From contig OX597817.1 in the NCBI GenBank assembly GCA_951406725.2, positions 94,364,001 through 94,428,000 on the forward strand: DNA of 64,000 nt. Reading direction: 5' to 3'. The DNA comes from Octopus vulgaris (lineage: Eukaryota). Shown piece by piece: positions 1 through 10,701 of the stretch; the first letter of the stretch is position 1; each line of letters starts with the position of its first letter. The notes below the pieces were generated by a model. It did not search any database. It saw only the letters and a program-made list of their open reading frames with translations, and was not told the origin of the DNA. The translations under genes and the position numbers were made by a program.

Positions 1-110
1 TGAAAGGCAAATTCGACCTTGGCGGAATTTGAACTCAGAATATAAGGGCGAAGGAAATATCGCTAAGCATTTTGTCCGGCATGCTAATGATTCTGCCAGT
101 TCGCCGCTTT
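1..110 (+). repeat. Interspersed SINE-like repeat fragment (family C), truncated by the window edge
   Basis: GGCGGAATTTGAACTCAGAA...GAAATATCGCTAAGCATTTTG...GATTCTGCC recurs in decayed form at ~25365-25475 and ~52270-52380. Confidence 0.55.
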
Positions 111-222
111 AACTACAACAACAACACGACTGATGAGGAGACCACGAAGAAAGAGGTTATTAAATGTAGTGTGATCCACTTACCATGTTCCAGTTGTTAA
201 CTAGTTTATATTTTATAACCTA

Positions 223-735
223 CTAGCAGTATCGCCCGGCGTTGCTCGGGTTTGTAAGGGAAATGACTATATAAGCATTTTTAGAGAGTTATTTCCCTTA
301 TAGATGCCAATTCGGGCTTTCTTAGCCATTTCTGTTTTGGTGTCTTCAAGCCATGAAGTCGTTGTTCTAAAAGAACGCTGGTCTCCTTGACAACGCTTTA
401 CGACGTTGATTTCCTTACACTCCCTTCCCCACAGCTTCACGAAGGAGGGAAGAAGGGGGAGAAGCAAACAGGTGCAGGTGTGACCATGGACGCCAACTCC
501 GCCGCCATCGACACACGAAAAATTATGCATTAAAATGGAATAAAAAATTATGTTAAATTATTTTTAAAATCGTAGACTCATCGTAGACGCGCGCTAATAC
601 TCAGACGGGCTCGATATGAATCACAACTATAAGATACCCGAATTTGGTTAAACTGCACCGCAAAATGTGGGAGTAGTTAGGAATCTAAATCGAAGGGGAC
701 AGACACTCACACAACTACAGTTTTATATATATAGA
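223..735 (-). mobile_element. Non-autonomous Helitron
   Basis: Minus strand begins TCTATATATATAAAA (735) and ends CTAG (223), with a GC-rich subterminal hairpin (CCCGGCGTTGCTCGGG, 235-250). Inserted between A and T with no TSD: canonical Helitron hallmarks. Confidence 0.8.
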
Positions 736-824
736 TGAATCATGGCAATTAAAGCCTACATCGTCTGTACGAATGTACAACATAAAGGGGGTATAACGAA
801 AACCCACAAGCCTTTTAATTGTAT

Positions 825-827
825 TTA

Positions 828-866
<39 letters not shown>

Positions 867-977
867 TATCTATCTATCTATATGTCTGTCTGTCTGTCTC
901 TCTGCCTGTCTGTCTGTCTGTCTGTCTGCCTGTCTGCCTGTCTGTATGTCTGTCTGTCTGTCTATCTATCTATCTAC

Positions 978-1047
<70 letters not shown>

Positions 1048-1072
1048 GTCTGCCTGCCTGTCTGTCTATCTC

Positions 1073-1119
<47 letters not shown>

Positions 1120-1148
1120 GTATGTCTGTCTGCCTGCCTGCCTGCCTG

Positions 1149-1213
<65 letters not shown>

Positions 1214-1310
1214 ATATCTGTATGTCTGTCTGCCTGCCTGCCTGTCTATCTATCTATATATCTATATATCTGTTTGTCTGTCTGTCTGTATTATGTATGT
1301 ATGTATGTGT

Positions 1311-1371
<61 letters not shown>
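825..1371. repeat. Compound microsatellite (TCTA)n/(TCTG)n/(TG)n
   Basis: Directly visible; produces the spurious ORFs 742..1428 and 819..1379. Confidence 0.97.
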
Positions 1372-1374
<3 letters not shown>

Positions 1375-1439
1375 AGTAAAATTAGGCAACAAAGCCAAGG
1401 GTGTGTGGAATTTTCAGGATATTTATAAAGAGAAACTTA

Positions 1440-1487
1440 GTCTTACAGCTGTTTCTGGAATTTTAGGGATATTCCTTCATCAGAGAC
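1440..1487 (-). ncRNA. Minimal type I hammerhead ribozyme, canonical core
   Basis: Minus strand: GUCU-CUGAUGA-a-GGAAU-aucccuaaa-AUUCC-a-GAAA-CAGCUG-UA-AGAC. Helix I GUCU/AGAC, helix II GGAAU/AUUCC, palindromic helix III, GUA cleavage triplet. Confidence 0.85.
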
Positions 1488-1606
1488 GATGTGAGATGGT
1501 TAAATAGAGGGAAATATTAGAGTTCAATATGAGGAGTTACTCTGGAAAAGGGAGCAAATAAGGAGTGTATAGGGAAATAGGAGAAGGAATGTAAAAAATA
1601 TATATA

Positions 1607-2868
1607 CGAGGGACGTTCAATAAGTAATGCCTCTGACCCACTTGCAATTGTTTGATCTAGCTGAGATTTTGTCTGTGCAATTATTTATATCTTTATAGAT
1701 TAAGTGACAAATTACAGCTCTGAAATAATTGTGGTTTCTGATTTACAGGTGTTTGAACTGAGTCAAGTGTGAAATGGAGCCTGTTGAGTGTCGAGCAGTG
1801 ATCCGGTTTTTGTATTTGAAAGGACGCACACCATGAGAGACATTTGATGAAATGAAAGTAACTTATGGTGATGATGCCCCATCATATAACCTTGTAAAAC
1901 CCTGGCATCGTGAATTCAAACATGGTCGGAACTCTGTGGAAACAGCTCCCAGATCTGGTCGCCCCTTCTGCCATTGATGAGGCATCTGTCCGTCAAGTTG
2001 AGGCTGCCATTTTGGAAGATCGACGCATAACAATTCGCCAAATAGCCCATCAGGTCAAGATTAGTACCGGGTCTGTGGAAACTATCATTCATGACCATTT
2101 GCATATGCAAAAGGTGTCTGCCAGATGGATTCCCAGGTTACTCACACCTTTCCAGAAGCAAGAACGCGTCGAGTGCTCGAGGATGAATTTGGAGATGTGC
2201 CAAGAAGATGAGTCAAAATTTTTCAAAAGACTGATTACACAGGATGAAACCTGGGTCCATCACTATGATCCAGAGACCAAAGCCCAGTCAATGCAGTGGA
2301 AGCACCGTGACTCACCTCCTCCAAAGAAGGCAAGGGTGCAGCCCTTCGCTGACAAGGAGATGCTCGCAGTCTTCTGGGACCAGGACGGAGTAGTGATGAC
2401 AGATTTCCCGGCAAAGGGTACCACAATTACAGGAGCCTATTATGCTTCGCTTTTGAGGAAATTAAGAGAAGCTATCAAAATCAAGAGGCGGGGCAAAATC
2501 AGAAAAGGCCTCCTCCTCCTGCAGGACAACGCTCCGGTCCACAACTCGCGTGTCGCCAGATCAGAAGCACAGGCGAGCGGCTATGAACTCCTCCCCATCC
2601 CCCCTGACCTTGAACCCTCTGATTTTCACCTCTTCCCTGCCATGAAGTTGTTTCTGAAGGGAAAGCGTTTCACAGATGATGCAGCCGTGGTTGGAGGACC
2701 AAGCTGGGGTCTTCTACAAAAACGGTCTCCAGAGCTGCATCAAACAATGGGAGAAATGCGTAACTCTGGGTGATTCCTATGTAGAAAAATACGAATAACT
2801 GTGCTAAGTTTCGTTGCTCTACTGCATTGGGAAGTGGGTCAGAGGCATTACTTATTGAACGCCCCTCG
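1607..2868 (+). mobile_element. Full-length mariner (DD34D) transposon, decayed
   Basis: ~37 bp TIRs CGAGGG(A/G)CGTTCAATAAGTAATGCCTCTGACCCACTT; TA TSD at 1605-1606 and 2869-2870; 1262 bp. Confidence 0.95.
1774..2800 (+). pseudogene. Mariner transposase pseudogene
   Basis: MEPVECRAVIRFL start, in-frame TGA at 1834, SGRP then a frameshift. Motifs WIPRLL, TQDETW, YDPETK, QDNA, and PDLEPSDFHLF (YSPDLAPSD with a deletion). Confidence 0.93.
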
Positions 2869-3323
2869 TATGTAGGATGTTATAAATGCAGTTCCGTTAT
2901 CCAAGGGAAGTGGTGTGTAGAGGTGGTAGAAATGCTTCCTATCCGTGGTATGTTAAATTCCAATAGGAGTTTATATTTTGTTATCACAAATGGAAAGTGT
3001 GGAGACGTAGCTTCCATGTGCTTTTCATTCTTGTGGTGTGAATGAAAATTTAAGAATGTAGTGCATATACTGAACTTCTTGAATGGTATGCATAATTTGG
3101 GAGAGCCTTTGATGGCATATAGTTATAATCGCTTGAGTAAGCGTCTCGTTTCTGGTTTTGAAAATAAACTAGCTTTTATACATTGGTACTGAATTGGTTG
3201 CGTATCCAAATTTTTCAATGGAAATTTCAAGTTAAAGTCCGGGTGGAATAACTAGTCTTTCGCGTACGTACGTGTGTATGTGTGTATACGTAAGTGTGTG
3301 TCTGTGTGTGTGTGTTTGCGCGC

Positions 3324-3360
<37 letters not shown>

Positions 3361-3499
3361 CGTGCGTGCTTATGTGATACAGTTTTCAAAAAATTGTCCA
3401 ATTAGCGATCAATAGCTGATTTAAGCAGTGGGTCCACCACTACGACCCGAGACAATAACAAATAGACCAAGCATCAGAAACAAAAATTCTCCGTTGCCC

Positions 3500-3900
3500 A
3501 AATAATTCAAAGCACGATTAGGAGCACTATCTTCTATGATTTTAAAGTATGGTGTAGAATAATTACATGACGTACACGACAACAATCACAAATGCCTGTT
3601 ATACAGATTTACTATCGTGGTTGTGAAAAATTTATCAAGGGAAGGACATCAATGCAATATTGAGTAGCACTGCCCTACGACAATGCTACATCTCACACAT
3701 CTCGAGATCAGAGATTACTATTACTCTTCATATATGAAGTTGTCGTGATCTATCATATCCAACCCACTCAACAGACTTTATTCTGAATGATTTTTACTTC
3801 TCTCCAAATTCGAAGGAGCGTTTCAAGAAAGACAGTTTTTTTGCGAGAAGAACTGCAGCTAGCTACAAAACAGTGGTTGGTGTAACTCTTTTACTGCGGA
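3500..3900 (+). mobile_element. Highly decayed mariner transposase remnant
   Basis: IRSTIFYDFK-like start, a DNA..H motif near 3680, and a degenerate YSPDLAPSDF-like stretch near 3755-3800. Confidence 0.4.
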
Positions 3901-4567
3901 ACGCAAATATATCCACTAAATATTTCATTACCTTTAACTTTTGCTGAAGAGTGTCAGGTTTGAAACTATTTTTTTGTAGAGATATGTCGAGTTTATTGAG
4001 GCAACGTGACTTTCAGAAAATTTTGTGCTAGATATTTAACATTATTGCAAGAATAACCGCGCAGGATAGTTTTATTTAAATGGCAATGAGCATATGCGAA
4101 AACGAAAGGAGAATTGTAACGAAGATAACAGTGAGAGAATTAAAAAAGATTGTTTGGCACAAAATAAAAAAAAACATTTATTTCTCACTGTTATGTTATT
4201 AATTATGTTGAGTTGGAAACTTCTACGACAAACCTGGTGTGTGTAAAAGGGTTGTGCGCGCGTGTGTGCGTGTAGCGTGTGTGTGTGTGCGCGGGAGAGA
4301 GTATGTATATAGATAGGAGTATGTGTTTTGTGTATGTGTGTATGCATGTGTATGTGTGTATGCAAACTATATAGGGTTTGCCTCCTAATTTTGGACTTAC
4401 AATCTATTCAGTAAGAAAGCATTTTTTCCACTTTAAAAGTTATTTGAAAAGCATCTTGTACAAAATGAACAATTCTTCATTTATGACTATATATAAAGTT
4501 GTAGACACTTATCTTGATCGATCTCTATCTCGCTGTAGCTAATGAAAATACCCCAATTTTTTTTTCA

Positions 4568-7301
4568 CAGAGGCGGAGGCCCCAAGAGTATTTGCGATGT
4601 CTTCAAGAAATTACTTAAGCGCCAACTTAAACGCCACCTCAAGGAAAACACTCTAACGAAATTTCTAAATGTCAAAAACTATGAAACCACTTTACAATGT
4701 CAAGTAAAAGTTTGTCATTACACGCAACTGAAACAATCCATGCAAGCACCAGTGAAGTGAATGAAAGTGCACAAACCATGAGTGATCTGTGCTTAGCAAT
4801 AATCAACCTACTGTTGATACTTTTGGTACAGATGATGATCACGGTGGTCAAGAACTTCGAGAAAAGAAAGCGCAAAAACAGAAAACAGGAAGCAAATTTA
4901 ATGTTTTTCAAAGAATAGAGTAACCTGGCAAACTGGCTCTTAACAATTGATAATGATTTCATACAAAACTGTTTAATGCGTGACATCATTTTTTTTAATG
5001 AAACAAACAGATAATGTATATACTGGATCGAACAAGATTTACAAACAGCAAAATTGAAGTTTCTCAAACAAATATTTTGAAAAAAAGATTGAAATATGGT
5101 CAGACTAGGATGAGATTCTGGTTAGTTTACTCAAAGAGCAAACTCTTTTCTAAATGCCTACAACGGGTAGGTTTTCTGATTGGATTAATATACTCAGAAC
5201 TTTAGAAAATCATGAAGACAGCATGGAACATAACAGGGTGATATTGAATTGGCTAACACGAAAGTCAAAGAAAAACACCGTGGATCAGCAACTTGAGGAG
5301 CAGTTGAGAAAAAACATACAGTACTATTTTGAAGTACTAAAAAGAGTTGTAGCAGTTATAAAGTTTTTAAGTGAAAGAGGTTTAGCATTTAGAGGTCAGG
5401 AGAAAAGGTGGGGCTCCCCAAACAATGGAAATTCATGGGGACCATTGAGCTTATTGTGGAGTTTGACCCATTTTTACATGAACATTTAGAGAAATATAAA
5501 AATGAAAAAGCAAATATTACCTATCCAAATCTGTGTATGAAACATTGATAGAAATCATGTGAAAGATAAAGTGGTGAATCAGATCAACAGCCTAGACACC
5601 AAATACTACTCAATTATTGTTGACTCTACACCTGACATGACACATGTTGACCAGCTGATAATTGTGGTTCGATGATGTTATAATGGAAAACACTGTGAGA
5701 GATTTTTAGCATTTTTGCCAATAGAAAGACATTCATCCACGACATTGTTCAACAAAATAACAATTTCTTGGGGAGCATAAGCTTTCACTTGAAAATATCT
5801 CTGGTCACTCGTACGATAATACTTCCAGCATGAGGGGCTCGAAGAAAGGGCTGTAAGCACTTCTTATAATGTATGCAGACTATGAACCATGTGCAAGCCA
5901 TTCACGCAACTTTGTTTGGTAAAAGGCAGTTTCTACTGTACCTGAAGTTGTCGACTATTTTAACATCTTGCAGCAGCTGTATGTTTTCTTTTCTGAATCT
6001 CTTCGAATATGGGGGCGGGGTGTTGAACACAAAATCTAAAGTACTTACGTGTAACTAGATGGTCTGCACACTTTGAAGCAATCCGGGCAATTAAAAATGT
6101 ATATGGGATATTTTACAAACTCTTAAACATATGTTTGAAGACTCAGAAGAGAAGCCTGAATGTAAGCGAGATGCAAAGTTGGTAAAATTGGAATATGCTG
6201 TTTTAACAGTCGTTTGGGAAGAAGCTATGGAGCATTTTAACAAAACAAGTAAGAAACTCCAAACCTCTGGTTCTGATGTATTTGAAGGTTACCTTCAGCT
6301 AGCTTCTTTGCTTTCATTTGTTAAAGAATTACAAGAAAATTCAGCCAACAGGATTACACACTATGAATCAGTAGCAAAGGGTTTATGTGAATATATGACC
6401 TCAAATTATTCTGATATTTCCAAACGCATTGTTATAAAGAAATTTGCAGATGGAACAAGTGATAGGGCTTCTTCGAAAGGGGCTGAAAAAATTAGGATAG
6501 AAGTTCTAAATCAAGTCTATGACTGCTTGATAATCCAGTTAAGATGGAACTATATGAGCAGATTGCGAAAAGGTTTAAGTTTCTCTCAGAATTAATGAAC
6601 AATTCAGAATTTGATGAGGAGAGTATCAAACTTATAATATCGCGTTACAAAGACGATATTGGCCACAAATTAATAAATGAGTGTTATCAGTTCAAAGAGT
6701 ATTTACACCTTAGGAAATCTCGGAATACAGAAGAAAATATACACTATCTAAAATGCAATACACAGAAGTTCTTCAGCATATTTATGGGCAACAATTAATT
6801 GAAGTGTCCCCTTATATTACCACTGCATATAAGCTGTACTTGACAATGCATATCATGAGCTGTGAAGCAGAAAGGAGTTCCTGAAAGCTTTCCTTTGTCA
6901 AGAATAAATTTAGGTCTACCATGATTGAAGAGCGCTTAAATTATTTATGTATATTGTCTCTAGAAAATGACATTGCAAGGAAGCTGTCATAGAACAAAAC
7001 TATTGCTACAAAAAACAGAAAGAAATGTATTTTGTAATTTTCATATGCATCCTAATGATGCATCATGCATGTATATAATACTTCCCTAATTTTCAACTCC
7101 CCTCCAACTCTAAAAGTATAAGGAATAGCCTGGAAAATATTTGTAGTGATCTGCCATGGAACAACGACATCGACAAAGAAATATTGCAGAAAAACGTGAA
7201 ATTCTTCGAGCAGGCGTGTGTCTTATGCGAAATTTGTGATGAGGCCGAGTGATGAAATCTGTGATGAGTCCGAGTGACGCTGATGATCTAGAGTCGCCTC
7301 T
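4568..7301 (+). mobile_element. hAT transposon remnant, Tip100/Zaphod (DUF4371, ZMYM1-like) group; boundaries approximate
   Basis: Fragmented transposase: LAFRG...NNGN, YSIIVDSTPDMTHVDQL, TRWSAHF, and a hATC-type SCEAERS..KL..VKNKFRSTM.EERLNYL.ILSLE. The right end GTCGCCTCTA is TIR-like; the left TIR is not confidently located. Confidence 0.8.
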
Positions 7302-7323
7302 AATATATATATGTAACGGAAGG

Positions 7324-7357
<34 letters not shown>

Positions 7358-7693
7358 TGTATGTATGTATGTATGTATGTATGTATGTATGTATGTATGT
7401 ATGTATGTATGCATATGTATATGTATTCATTTTCATAGAGCATTCTTAGAAATGTATTGAAAATGGAAAACTAACGATCTATTGGATTCAAATATTCATA
7501 TATTCATATAATCAACAAATTAAATGTTTAAATGTTTTGAAATCCCAAAGTCACTCAAATTTCTTATGTTCCTAATTTGAGGTTGGGTTACGCCCACCTA
7601 TAGGTTATAATTATGTTTTTTTCATATTCTGAGATGACAATTACTTCATTGTATCTTCTATAGCAGCTAATTATATAGATCTATGTGCGTGTG

Positions 7694-7727
<34 letters not shown>

Positions 7728-7889
7728 TGTATGTATGTATGTATGTATGTATGTATGTATGTGTGTATGTATGTATGTATGTATGCATGTATGTATGTGT
7801 ATGTATATATGTTTGTATGAATGTGTGTATGTATCTATTTGCCCTTCTCTCCCCCTTTATGTCTATCTACCTACTTACCTACCTACCTG

Positions 7890-8065
<176 letters not shown>

Positions 8066-8522
8066 GTCTGTCTATCTATCTACCTATCTATGCGTGTGCT
8101 TGTTTGTATACATATACACGCATATATCTATGTACATATGTATACGTGTTTATATAGAGACATATGTAGGTATTCTTTTATGAATGCAACAGATGAATGG
8201 TATTATGAATAAAGAGCAGTGAATAGACAGCATTAGCTTTACGTTGTATATGTTACAAAACCAGTAGCATACACAACATAAATCTTTTGCCCAAGGTGAA
8301 ATACAACCAGGAAACCAATAGGTGTTTAAACGGATTAATAGAAATAGTAGCCAACCGAAACCAAAGATCGTTCCAGTTATCCCCTACCTTCTTTAAAAAG
8401 AAAGACACAATAGATGATAGGCTCTAATGCTCACGCTATCTGAATGATAGACCGCACATACATATGATATGTGTATTCTTACAGAAATGCTGGCATGTGA
8501 ATCCTTACAGGTGAGTGTGTGT

Positions 8523-8566
<44 letters not shown>

Positions 8567-8578
8567 CAAATATTACAC

Positions 8579-10330
8579 ACAGAGCAGCCTCGGTTCTCGA
8601 CCATAATCTGCTCTGAAAGTCTGTTCTAAAACAGAATTGCTCAAGAACCGAATCATTTTTTCCCATTACAATTGACGTAAAAGAGATTAATTCGTTTCCA
8701 AACACCAGATGAATGCTCAGTTACATGATTACACTACATATTTTAGTATAAAACGTGTATTCAAACTGTAAATAACACACAAAAGCGTGTTATTTCTTAG
8801 AAGGGGAGTCCCCTTCTATAAAAACTACTGGTAACTGTTTTTCGGGGGTTTCTTCCCTTCTCTGTCTCTTTGGCTCAGGAACATCTTTTTCTGAGGTTTC
8901 TTTTCTTTTTTCTTTCAGTAAAAACCTGTCCAATATTAGTTGTTTTTGCCTGCATTGTAAAGGTTTTCTAAAATGAGACATGACATTTGCCATTGAAAAG
9001 ATTTACTGTTCTATTTGCTATCACTGTTTCAGGGTAATATTTTCCCACAAAACTTTGCACATCATCCCAATTGGCACAAATTTCTTTCATTAAAGAATTT
9101 GGAACATCCTCCTTTCCTTCTTCCTCCGCCTCAGAAGACATTTCCTCGGCTAAAGTTTTGAAGGTGTACGAGCTCTTCGGTGGTAAGCGCAGCACGGTGG
9201 TCTTCCAACAGTTCTTCAATATCTTCACTGTCGATATCCAACCCCATAGTTTCTCCCATAGAGACAATATCATCAACAATAGCAATTTCCTCGACAGCAA
9301 CAGTACTTGTAGCTGTCTCAACACCCACCCCTAAAGTCTCGTTCTGGTACAGTCTGGCCAACTTTCCTGCATGCTGAATTCATGGTTCTGTAACTCACTT
9401 GGTTCCATAAGATTAATACAATTCAGGATATTGAAATGATTTTTCCAAATTTCTCTGAGAATTAACTGAGTGTCATTAGTGACTTGAAAACACTTTCGAA
9501 ACAGGACTTTTGTGTAAAGTTTCTTAAAGTTTGCAACGACCTGTTGGCCCATCGGTTGTATTAGAGGAGTTGAATTAGGTGGCAGGCATTTGACCTAAAT
9601 AAAATTAAATTCTTCAACTAAGTCATCTTCCAAACCTGGAGGGTGAGGGAGGGCATTGCCTAACACGAGAAGGCATTTTAGTGGCAAGTTTTTTTCTTGC
9701 AGATTTTTTTTAACACTCAGGGCAAAAACTTCATGAATCAACTCAATAAGAAATTGTCTGGTTACCCAAGCCTCCGTATTAGCCCACCACATAACAGGCA
9801 ATTTACTTTTCATAACATTGTTTCTTTTGAAAACCTTCGGATTATCGGAATGGTAAACAAGCAATAGATTGACCTTGAAATAGCCACATGCGTTGCCGCA
9901 TAGCAAAAGAGTGAGTCTATCTTTCATTGGTTTGCGCCCTGGCAACACTTTCTCCTCCTTAGTAATATAGGGCCTATTTGGCGTTCGTTTCCAAAACAAT
10001 TCTGTTTCATCCCCATTAAACACCTGTTGGGGGAGATAACCTCCCTCCTTTATCAAGTCACTAAACTCAGTCACAAATTTCTCAGCCACTTCCTTGTTTG
10101 AACTCGCCGTTTCTCCATGCCTAAGTACATTGTGTATTTAACTTTTCTGCTTAAATTTCTCGAGCCAGCTTCTTCTAGCTTTTAATTCAAAAGTATCACT
10201 TTCAGCACTTGTACCAGAGTTTACTTTAAATTTATAATGCTTTCTCACAGATAAATGCTTCACGGATGCTGTCACCAGCTAACTGTTTCTCATTTGTAAA
10301 ATTAAGCAATAACTTTTCCACTTCGAGTAT
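8579..10330 (-). mobile_element. Tigger/pogo (TIGD1-like) DNA transposon remnant, 5' truncated
   Basis: CENP-B HTH end FKASRSWLEKF, HGE.AS, NGDETELFWK, KDRLTLLLC.NA.G, LVLGNALPHP, QPMGQQV.ANFK, C-terminal RQKQ..LDRF. TIR-like CAGAGCAGCCTCGGTTCTCGA near 8580. Confidence 0.88.
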
Positions 10331-10398
10331 CTTTGGTCGGGTGAGTTATGTGGCACTATGTCCTGTTTGTAAGAAATTATTTTTAATTCTTACTTGCA

Positions 10399-10475
10399 TT
10401 CACCTGATGGAAACTTTTTTGCATGAGCTAACACTTTTGTTTAGTAAAGAACACGTCTGAAACAGCTGTAGTGAA
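10399..10475 (+). ncRNA. Type I hammerhead ribozyme motif with long helix II (A9G core change)
   Basis: UUCAC-CUGAUGG-[48 nt imperfect stem-loop: UUUUUUGC/GUAAAGAA, CUAAC/GUUUAG]-GAAA-CAGCUG-UA-GUGAA. Confidence 0.7.
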
Positions 10476-10701
10476 CCGCAAACCTATCTATATTATTATT
10501 TATTCATCACCTAACTCGGAGTCTGTAGCCGAAGTGAAATACGTGCAGATTGTGTAACCCGGTTACAAATCCGTGTTTACTTCAGTAAGTACGTATATGT
10601 CAATATACATTGTCGGTACACAGGTGCTCTGTCCTCGACTGTACCTTGGTGCTTTTACTAGTTAAATACCTGATTCCTTCGAATCATAACAATATATATA
10701 T

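Larger units (their letters stand above)
1372..3260 (-). mobile_element. Probable Penelope-like element 3' remnant (pLTR with hammerhead), interrupted by a mariner
   Basis: HHR at 1440-1487 (minus) adjacent to a microsatellite. Sequence continues on the far side of the mariner; the minus strand at ~3060-3200 reads ...AIKGSPKLCI..., loosely like a PLE endonuclease C-terminus (weak). Confidence 0.45.

Noticed and set aside
126-160. CTGATGAGGAGACCACGAAG
   Set aside because: No GAAA-helix III-UH arrangement and no helix I partner.
7230-7290. TGATGAGGCCGAG / TGATGAGTCCGAG resembling a hammerhead core
   Set aside because: A 25 bp tandem repeat near the hAT end; helices I-III do not form.
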